Positions 56,967 to 64,000 of a DNA stretch of 64,000 nucleotides are shown here, one piece after another. Location of the stretch: positions 3,857,655 through 3,921,654 of the forward strand of contig NZ_JAMDLG010000001.1 in NCBI RefSeq assembly GCF_023721715.1, read 5' to 3'. The DNA comes from Parasegetibacter sp. NRK P23. GTDB lineage: Bacteria; Bacteroidota; Bacteroidia; Chitinophagales; Chitinophagaceae. The position numbers and the translations under genes were made by a program. Numbering within the stretch: position 1 is the first letter of the stretch; each line of letters begins with the position of its first letter. Under the pieces are notes generated by a model. It did not search any database, was not told the DNA's origin, and saw only the letters and a program-made list of their open reading frames with translations.

Positions 56967-58646
56967 TTACAGGTTTTGTTTTTTGAGTTCGTTTACGGCA
57001 TAATCCACTGCACGTGCGGTAAGCGCCATGTAGGTAAGGGATGGGTTCTGACAACCGGCGGAGGTCATTGCCGCGCCATCGGTCACGAACACATTTTTAC
57101 AATCCCATACCTGGTTGTGGCCGTTCAGCACGGAGTTCTTTGGATCGGTACCCATACGTGCGGTACCCATTTCGTGGATGCCCATGCCCAGTGCCTGGTC
57201 ATTTTCGTAACCGTGCACATTTTTGAGCCCAACGGCTTCCAGCATGGCAACTGCTTCAGACTGCATGTCTTTGCGCATCTTCCACTCATTGTCTTTCAGT
57301 TCCGCGTCGATGGCGAGAACGGGAAGGCCCCATTTGTCTTTTTTGTTTTTATCGAGCGTCACTTTGTTTTCGTGGTAAGGCAGTGTTTCACCGAATCCAC
57401 CGATGCCGAAGGTCCATTTACCGGGCTCCGTCAACGCTTCTTTTAGTTCCGCACCAATGGACAGTTCCGGAATTTCCCTTCTCCAGTCCTGGCGGCTGGC
57501 ACGTCCCTGGTAACCGAATCCACGGATATAATCTCGTTTGTCACCGCCAACATTTACGAAGCGCGGGATATAAATGCCGTTCGCACGTCGGCCAAAATAA
57601 TACTTGTCTTCATATCCATCTACTTCTCCGCTGGCACCTACGCGCAGGTGGTGGTCCATCAGGTTGTGACCCAGTTGTCCGCTGCTGCTGCCGAGCCCTT
57701 CCGGCCAGATGTCTGTGGCGGAATTCATCAGCACCCAGGTGGAGTTGAGCGACGAAGCGTTGAGGAAGATCACTTTGGCGAAGAACTCGTAGGTTTTATT
57801 CGTTTCCGCATCCAGCACTTTCACGCCTTTGGCTTTCCTGGTATCCTTATCGTAGATGATCTCGGTAACGATGGACCAGGGCCGGAGGGTGAGGTTCCCC
57901 GTTTTCATGGCGGCGGGCAACGTGGACGATTGGGTGCTGAAGTAGGCGCCGAACGGACAACCCAGCCAGCATTTATCGCGGTATTGACAGTTTACGCGCC
58001 CCTTGTGCGGAGCGGTGAGGTTGGCCACGCGCCCGATAATCATGTGACGGTTGCCTTTGTAATATTCTTTCAGTCGTTTAGAAACGTCTTTTTCCACGCA
58101 GTTCATCTCCATGGGTGGCAGGAAATTGCCATCCGGGAGGTGTGGAATATTTTCAACCGAGCCTGAGATGCCGGCGAATCCTTCTACATAATCGTACCAT
58201 TTTTCCAGGTCTTTGTAGCGGATGGGCCAGTCGGTGGCGATGCCGTCTTTTGCGTTGGCTTCGAAATCGAGGTCGCTGAGGCGGTAACTCTGGCGGCCCC
58301 ACATCAGTGACCTTCCGCCCACATGGTAACCACGGTACCAGTCGAAGCGTTTCACTTCGGTATAGGGGCAATCTTTTTCGTTGACCCAGTAATCGAGGTT
58401 CTTTTCGTTCAGCGGATAATCCCTTTTCAGCACGGGATAATCTTCGATCATTTGTTGTGTTCTGCCCCCGCGGTGTGGGAATTCCCAGGGACCTTTATTG
58501 GCATTCACATAATCTTTACCGTGTTCTATGTTTCTGCCGCGTTCCAGCATCAGGGTCTTCAGTCCTTTTTCCGTGAGCTCTTTTGCTGCCCAGCCGCCAC
58601 TGATCCCGGAGCCGATCACAATGGCATCATAGGTGTTCTCCGCCAT
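56967..58646 (-). CDS. GMC-family FAD-dependent oxidoreductase
   Basis: FAD fold DAIVIGSGISGGWAAKEL. GMC C-terminal motifs. Confidence 0.85.
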   Translation of the reverse strand: MAENTYDAIVIGSGISGGWAAKELTEKGLKTLMLERGRNIEHGKDYVNANKGPWEFPHRGGRTQQMIEDYPVLKRDYPLNEKNLDYWVNEKDCPYTEVKRFDWYRGYHVGGRSLMWGRQSYRLSDLDFEANAKDGIATDWPIRYKDLEKWYDYVEGFAGISGSVENIPHLPDGNFLPPMEMNCVEKDVSKRLKEYYKGNRHMIIGRVANLTAPHKGRVNCQYRDKCWLGCPFGAYFSTQSSTLPAAMKTGNLTLRPWSIVTEIIYDKDTRKAKGVKVLDAETNKTYEFFAKVIFLNASSLNSTWVLMNSATDIWPEGLGSSSGQLGHNLMDHHLRVGASGEVDGYEDKYYFGRRANGIYIPRFVNVGGDKRDYIRGFGYQGRASRQDWRREIPELSIGAELKEALTEPGKWTFGIGGFGETLPYHENKVTLDKNKKDKWGLPVLAIDAELKDNEWKMRKDMQSEAVAMLEAVGLKNVHGYENDQALGMGIHEMGTARMGTDPKNSVLNGHNQVWDCKNVFVTDGAAMTSAGCQNPSLTYMALTARAVDYAVNELKKQNL

Positions 58647-58695
58647 AACAAAATTGTTTTGATTTTTACTTTATTGCTTTAACAGTCGTTACAAA

Positions 58696-59580
58696 TTAAA
58701 CATCACATATCGTGATGGCTTGCTTCAGTGAAGCGATTTTATCGGGTTGCTTCGGAACGAATTCCTGCGCCACATACCCTTTGAACCCGGTGGAAAGAAT
58801 GGCGCGCATGATGGCGGGATAATACAATTCCTGCGTTTCATCAATCTCGTTCCTGCCTGGTACACCCGCAGTATGGTAGTGCCCATAGTACTGGTGGTTC
58901 TGTTTGATGGTGGCGATCACATCTCCTTCATCGATCTGCATGTGGTAGATGTCGTACAGCAGTTTGAAGTTGTCGGATCCAACTCTCTTACAAAGTTCCA
59001 CACCCCAAACGGAGCGGTCGCACATATAATCTTTGTGGTCCACTTTGCTGTTTAGCAATTCCATGATGATGGTGACCCCGTTTTTTTCTGCCAGTGCCAT
59101 GATTTTTTTCAGGCCCTCAGCACTGTTTTTTAACCCGGTTTCATCATCCATGCCCCGCTTGTTGCCGGAGAAGCAGATCAGGTTTTTGTAGCCTGCCTTC
59201 GCCACCAGCGGAATCATTTCTGAATAATTCTGAATGAGTTTTTCGTGGTACTGTGGATCGTTCCATCCTTCAGTGAGACTAATCTCCGCGCCATTACACA
59301 TAGAGGAATCCAGGCCGTGCTTTTTCAGGGTGGCCCAGTCTTTCGGTCCCACGAGGTCCACTGCTTTGATGCCCAGTTGTTTCACGGCTGCGCAGAATTC
59401 TTCGAAGGGAATACCGCCATAGCACCAGTAACAAACGGAATGATTGATGTTTCCTTTCAATACAGGACTTTGCTCCAGCGCGGCTTTTTCAGCCATGGAA
59501 AGGGAAGGGAAAGCTCCTACGGCGATGCCACTCATAACCAGGTTTTTTATCGCCGAACGGCGGGTATTAGAAGATTGCAT
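58696..59580 (-). CDS. sugar-phosphate isomerase/epimerase (xylose-isomerase-like TIM barrel), Tat-secreted
   Basis: Twin-arginine TRRSAIKNLV. TIM-barrel motifs (LLYDIYHMQ, HYHTAG). Confidence 0.75.
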   Translation of the reverse strand: MQSSNTRRSAIKNLVMSGIAVGAFPSLSMAEKAALEQSPVLKGNINHSVCYWCYGGIPFEEFCAAVKQLGIKAVDLVGPKDWATLKKHGLDSSMCNGAEISLTEGWNDPQYHEKLIQNYSEMIPLVAKAGYKNLICFSGNKRGMDDETGLKNSAEGLKKIMALAEKNGVTIIMELLNSKVDHKDYMCDRSVWGVELCKRVGSDNFKLLYDIYHMQIDEGDVIATIKQNHQYYGHYHTAGVPGRNEIDETQELYYPAIMRAILSTGFKGYVAQEFVPKQPDKIASLKQAITICDV

Positions 59581-59636
59581 AGTATCGAAAAGTTGAAATT
59601 AAGGAACCGATCCCGTTGTAATTGTTAAAGAAAATG

Positions 59637-60911
59637 TTAAGCATGTACAGGCTGACGCTTTCTCATGTAAAAGAACAGACCCGCGAAAGCCACCACCAGT
59701 ATGATGGGAATCACCAGCGTTACATTGATGATTTCAGGACCGGCCACCGCCTGCGCCTGCGCGAAAGCCGCCGCTTCGGGCGTTCCGGCTGCGGCGCCCT
59801 GGTAAGTTTTGAGGTCCGCCCCGGTGGGGAGGTTCTTCGCGATGATGTTATCGTAAAAGCCGCCCATGAAATATGTATAAACGGATACGGCGAACATACC
59901 CGCGCCACCCATCAGGTTCATGCCCAATGCGCCTGATTGCGGGATATTTTCAGAAACGAATCCCAGCATCGTGGGCCAGAAATACGTGATACCCAAACCA
60001 AAGATGATGGCGGCCACAATCAGCATATTGCCGGATACGGAACCCATCAGGTACAAACCTATCGCGGAAAGAACAGCGGAAACCAACAGCACGCCCGATG
60101 GCGAAATGCGGTGAACAATGGGCCCCGCCACTGCACGACCCAGTACCTGCACACCCGCGGTGAGCGCGAGGATCAGGATACCATGACTGGTCACATTCTT
60201 CAATAAAATCTCGATCCACTGGTTGGTGAACAACTCGGTGATCGCGGTTCCGAACATGCAGATGAACATGAAGATGAACAGCGGGCTGGTTACAGACTTA
60301 TACATCTGTGCCGTGGTTACACCGGAAGCCACACGTTCAGTAACAGGAAAGTCCAGTTTAAGGAAAAGATAACCATATAGAAAAGTGGGGATAAGCATGG
60401 TTGCCACTTGTATTTGCCAGCCGAGACCAAGTTCGCTTAAAAAATAAACGATCAACGTGCCCACAACGATACCACCGGGGAACCACAAATGGAAGTGGTT
60501 CAGCTTGGTGGTTTTGTTGTCAGAATAAATGGTTGCCACCAATGGGTTACAGGCTGCTTCCACGGTTCCGTTAGCCATCCCGATGAAAAGCGTGGAGATG
60601 AACAATGGCCAGAAGCCGGAGCTGAAATAAGGGGTGCAAATGGTGAGTACGATACCAAGCAGGTGCAACACGAATGCCGCTACCAGTAATCGTTTCATGC
60701 CGATGGCATCCACAATGAAGCCGCCGATTACCACCGCGAGGGGAAATCCCCAGAAAGCGGTTCCGGTGATGATCGCGAGTTCCTGTCCATTTAAATTGAA
60801 CTCCACACCAAGTTTACCGAGGATGCCGGCACGGATGCCGAAAGAAAGAGAGGTTACCAGTAATGCCAGGCAACTGGCTACAAAAAGTTTGTTCCGCTGG
60901 ATGGCTTGCAT
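59637..60911 (-). CDS. MFS transporter (sugar:H+ symporter-like, FHS/FucP-like)
   Basis: 12 predicted TM segments. MFS loop motifs. Confidence 0.75.
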   Translation of the reverse strand: MQAIQRNKLFVASCLALLVTSLSFGIRAGILGKLGVEFNLNGQELAIITGTAFWGFPLAVVIGGFIVDAIGMKRLLVAAFVLHLLGIVLTICTPYFSSGFWPLFISTLFIGMANGTVEAACNPLVATIYSDNKTTKLNHFHLWFPGGIVVGTLIVYFLSELGLGWQIQVATMLIPTFLYGYLFLKLDFPVTERVASGVTTAQMYKSVTSPLFIFMFICMFGTAITELFTNQWIEILLKNVTSHGILILALTAGVQVLGRAVAGPIVHRISPSGVLLVSAVLSAIGLYLMGSVSGNMLIVAAIIFGLGITYFWPTMLGFVSENIPQSGALGMNLMGGAGMFAVSVYTYFMGGFYDNIIAKNLPTGADLKTYQGAAAGTPEAAAFAQAQAVAGPEIINVTLVIPIILVVAFAGLFFYMRKRQPVHA

Positions 60912-61226
60912 ACCGCTAGGTTGTTTTGATTGATTGATCGTTTGGTTTTCCCAAGGGTTCCGGGGAAGGCATAAATGTAATTTTTTTCCGGGTAAAATCA
61001 GACCACCTCACCCAACATTGTGTAAAATTTACCCGTTTTGAAAATTTTTGTTCCTAACTTAATGCCCGTTTTACCTTGCTGCCTGTTTTGCGCACAACAA
61101 TTTAATCACCGGCGATCTTTTGTACCGTCAAATGATAAAATAATACTATCATTTGCTATAAAACAGCAGGCGTTAAGGCTAAAATGCACGGTAACTTCCG
61201 CATATTCAAAACTTAAATAGAGCAGC

Positions 61227-62384
61227 ATGAAAAGAAAACTCAGAATGGGCATGGTGGGGGGCGGTATCGGCGCGTTCATCGGCGCCGTGCACCGCATTGC
61301 GGCGGCTATGGATGGAGAAATTGAACTGGTTTGCGGCGCTTTCAGCAGCGATCCCGCGAAATCAAAAGAGAGCGGCATCATGCTCGGTCTTCCACCTGAG
61401 CGGGTATATCCTTCCTGGTGGGACATGATCGAGCAGGAGAAGCAACTGCCCGAAAATGTAAGGATGGATTTCATCAGCATCGTTACGCCCAACCACGTGC
61501 ATTTCGCACCCGCGAAAGCGGCTTTGGAAAACGGTTTCCACGTGGTGCTGGATAAACCGATGACCTTCACGCTCGCAGAAGCAAAGGAATTGAAACAAGT
61601 GGTGGAGCAAAGCGGAAAACTGTTTTGTCTTACGCATACCTATACAGGTTACCCCATGCTGAAAGAGGCGCGCCAGGTGGTGAAAGAAGGAAGGCTGGGT
61701 AAAATCAGGAAAGTATATGTGGAATACCCGCAGGGCTGGCTCAGCACCCTCGCCGAAAAAACCGATAACAAGCAGGCAAGCTGGAGAACCGATCCTTCCC
61801 GCAGTGGTATCGCGGGCGCCATGGGCGATATCGGCACACACGCCTTCAATATGGCGGAATATGTTACCGGAGCAAAAGTGACCGAACTCTGCGCCGACCT
61901 CAACATAGTAGTGGAAGGAAGACAACTCGACGACGACGGGATGGTGATGTTGCGTTTCGACAATGGCGCTTCCGGTATGTTGTTCGCCACACAAGTAGCT
62001 GCCGGCGAAGAGAACAATGTGAAGATCCGCGTTTACGGAGAAAAAGGCGGACTCGAATGGCGCCAGGAAGACGCGAATAGCCTCATCCTGAAATGGCCCG
62101 ATCAGCCCGCGCAGATCCTCCGCACCGGAGCCGGTTATCTAAGTAGTTACGCCGCGCACAATACGAGAACGCCTCCGGGGCATCCGGAGGGTTACCTCGA
62201 AGCGTTCGCCAACCTCTACCGCAATTTCGCGCAGAGCGTGGTGGCGATGGAAAAAGGAGCAACGCCTTCCAAAGAGTCACTCGATTTTCCGGGAGCAGAA
62301 GACGGGGTTAGAGGAATGGCATTCGTGGAGAATGTGGTGCGGAGCGGGAAATCTGCTGAAAAGTGGGTGGCTTTTGAGGTATAA
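61227..62384 (+). CDS. Gfo/Idh/MocA-family NAD(P)-dependent oxidoreductase
   Basis: Rossmann MGMVGGGIGAFIG. Typical family length. Confidence 0.85.
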   Translation: MKRKLRMGMVGGGIGAFIGAVHRIAAAMDGEIELVCGAFSSDPAKSKESGIMLGLPPERVYPSWWDMIEQEKQLPENVRMDFISIVTPNHVHFAPAKAALENGFHVVLDKPMTFTLAEAKELKQVVEQSGKLFCLTHTYTGYPMLKEARQVVKEGRLGKIRKVYVEYPQGWLSTLAEKTDNKQASWRTDPSRSGIAGAMGDIGTHAFNMAEYVTGAKVTELCADLNIVVEGRQLDDDGMVMLRFDNGASGMLFATQVAAGEENNVKIRVYGEKGGLEWRQEDANSLILKWPDQPAQILRTGAGYLSSYAAHNTRTPPGHPEGYLEAFANLYRNFAQSVVAMEKGATPSKESLDFPGAEDGVRGMAFVENVVRSGKSAEKWVAFEV

Positions 62385-62600
62385 GTGGTCACGCAATTGC
62401 TTTGTTCTCGCAATTGCTTTGTGCTGCGCACTGCGCAACGCAAAGGAGCAAGGACGCAAGGGGTTGCTGAGCTTGGGAAAGCTTGCGTTTTTGCGATGCG
62501 TTTTTGTAATTACAAATCCCTTTTTCTGTTACCTTATATCAAGAGCTTTATCAACATAAACGAACTTTGCGTCCTTGCTCCTTTGCGTCTTGGCGTGAAA
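62385..62600. repeat. MITE/REP-like intergenic repeat (TTGCG-rich family, copy with internal 22-bp inverted repeats)
   Basis: gcaaaggagcaaggacgcaagg at ~62437 and its reverse complement ccttgcgtccttgctcctttgcg at ~62560. Tandem gcaattgc(tttgt) units. Confidence 0.6.
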
Positions 62601-62623
62601 AAATAAACTAAAATCATCTTCTT

Positions 62624-63679
62624 ATGACAACAATAAAAGGCCCTGCCATCTTCCTCGCCCAATTCCTCGGTGATGAACCGCCTTTCAACAACCTCACCAC
62701 CATCTGCAAATGGGCCGCTGATCTGGGTTTCAAAGGTGTACAGATACCCACCTGGGATTCCCGTTGCATCGATCTGAAAAAAGCGGCGGAAAGCAAAACC
62801 TACGCCGATGAACTGAAAGGCTCTATTGCCGCCGCCGGACTGGAGATAACGGAATTGTCCACGCACCTGCAAGGGCAGCTCGTGGCCTGTCATCCCGCTT
62901 ACAATGAACTCTTCGACGGGTTCGCGCCCACGGAACTGAAAGGCGACCTGAAGGCCAAAACCGAATGGGCAACCCAACAACTGAAATACGCCGCGAAAGC
63001 CAGTGCTAACCTGGGCCTCAACGCGCACGCCACCTTCAGCGGATCACTGCTGTGGCATACGGTATATCCCTGGCCGCAACGTCCCGCCGGATTGGTGGAA
63101 ACTGGGTTCACCGAACTTGCCAACAGGTGGAAGCCCATCCTGGATGTATTCGATGAGAACGGCGTGGATGTTTGTTATGAAATTCATCCGGGAGAAGATC
63201 TCCACGATGGTATTTCCTACGAAATGTTCCTGGAGAAAGTGAACAACCATGCCCGCGCATGTTTATTGTACGATCCCAGCCATTTTGTACTGCAGTGTCT
63301 CGATTATATCAGCTATATCGATCATTACCACGAACGCATCAAAGCCTTCCATGTGAAGGATGCCGAGTTTAATCCCACGGGAAAACAAGGAGTCTACGGT
63401 GGGTTCCAGGGCTGGATCAACAGGGCGGGAAGGTTCCGTTCGCCAGGTGATGGACAGGTGGACTTCCAGGCCATCTTCAGCAAACTGGCCCAATACGATT
63501 TCAAAGGATGGGCCGTAATGGAATGGGAATGCTGCCTTAAACACCCGGAAGACGGCGCCCGCGAAGGCGCGCAGTTCATCGCGGACCACATCATCCGCGT
63601 TACGGAAAAAGCATTCGACGATTTCGCCGGACAAGGCGCGGATGAAAATTTTAACCGCAGGATTCTGGGATTGAACTGA
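62624..63679 (+). CDS. sugar-phosphate isomerase/epimerase (xylose-isomerase-like TIM barrel)
   Basis: TIM-barrel AP-endonuclease-2 fold motifs (YEIHPGEDLHD, HVKDAEF). Confidence 0.8.
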   Translation: MTTIKGPAIFLAQFLGDEPPFNNLTTICKWAADLGFKGVQIPTWDSRCIDLKKAAESKTYADELKGSIAAAGLEITELSTHLQGQLVACHPAYNELFDGFAPTELKGDLKAKTEWATQQLKYAAKASANLGLNAHATFSGSLLWHTVYPWPQRPAGLVETGFTELANRWKPILDVFDENGVDVCYEIHPGEDLHDGISYEMFLEKVNNHARACLLYDPSHFVLQCLDYISYIDHYHERIKAFHVKDAEFNPTGKQGVYGGFQGWINRAGRFRSPGDGQVDFQAIFSKLAQYDFKGWAVMEWECCLKHPEDGAREGAQFIADHIIRVTEKAFDDFAGQGADENFNRRILGLN

Positions 63680-63737
63680 TTCTTTTCAGAACTTTAGCGG
63701 CGACGGACTATTTTACTCAATATCAACAACAATCAAG

Positions 63738-64000
63738 ATGAAAAAACTGGCTTTTGTAGTGCTGATGGGCGCACTCTGCTACGCCTGCGGTAACAGCGCG
63801 GAAGAATCCCCCAAAACAAACACCACTGAACCCGCCGATAAAACGGCCACCGAAACACCCAAGCCTGCCGACGACATGAGCAGCAACCCCGATTACACAA
63901 AAGGGCTCTCACTCATCGGGAACTCGGACTGCCTTACCTGCCATAAAGTGGACGAAAAACTCATCGGACCTTCTTACCGGGATATCGCCAATAAATATGA
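63738..64000 (+). CDS. c-type cytochrome lipoprotein, partial (runs off the window end)
   Basis: Lipobox LCYACG. Haem-binding CLTCH. Confidence 0.6.
   Translation, partial: MKKLAFVVLMGALCYACGNSAEESPKTNTTEPADKTATETPKPADDMSSNPDYTKGLSLIGNSDCLTCHKVDEKLIGPSYRDIANKY

Noticed and set aside
1-64000. CRISPR arrays, integrases/transposases, toxin-antitoxin pairs
   Set aside because: No regularly spaced direct repeats, no recombinase or transposase motifs, and no small paired ORFs were seen on reading.

Overview
This is a chromosomal window of about 50% GC from a Bacteroidota genome. The assignment rests on a SusC/SusD pair, many lipoproteins and a Chitinophagaceae/Sphingobacteriia-like gene repertoire.

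Most of the window is ordinary chromosome. It includes a dGTPase, a four-gene two-component operon, S41 and M48 peptidases, RecQ, a UvrD/PcrA helicase, an AhpC/AhpD pair, a TlpA-SusC-SusD locus, and a periplasmic GMC-oxidoreductase/TIM-barrel/Gfo-Idh-MocA/cytochrome c sugar-oxidation cluster.

Features recognised beyond the ORF track:
- A TPP riboswitch with its intrinsic terminator sits in front of a non-canonical thiamine-related operon (class I methyltransferase, PurM/ThiL-like, ThiE-like, Trm112-like zinc ribbon). It shows that the first ORF's listed start is wrong.
- There is a tRNA-Phe(GAA) on the + strand.
- A minus-strand array of five tRNAs (Gln, an atypical tRNA possibly His, Ile, a second Phe, Trp) is preceded by an odd hairpin plus U-tract. 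It is followed by a DUF458-like gene and a block of fragmented, permuted-looking tRNA halves.
- A roughly 52-aa DUF1328 membrane-protein gene is missing from the ORF track.
- Several rho-independent terminators are called.
- A family of GC-rich, TTGCG-containing intergenic repeats occurs three times in the window.

The stand-out element is a single 1819-aa ORF (41784..47243). It combines an unknown N-terminal domain, two tandem lipase/esterase-like alpha/beta-hydrolase modules (each with a GxSxG nucleophile elbow), a region with caspase-like H/C motifs, a clear CHAT (caspase-family) protease domain with the His...Cys dyad (HLAGHG ... VVNCC), a long TPR-like helical array and a Lys/Ala/Pro-rich histone-H1-like tail. 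A strong terminator and the repeat family follow it. I propose it as a candidate single-protein conflict or programmed-cell-death system, with a protease sensor/activator fused to lipolytic effectors. It appears undescribed as such.

No CRISPR array, integrase or transposase was seen.
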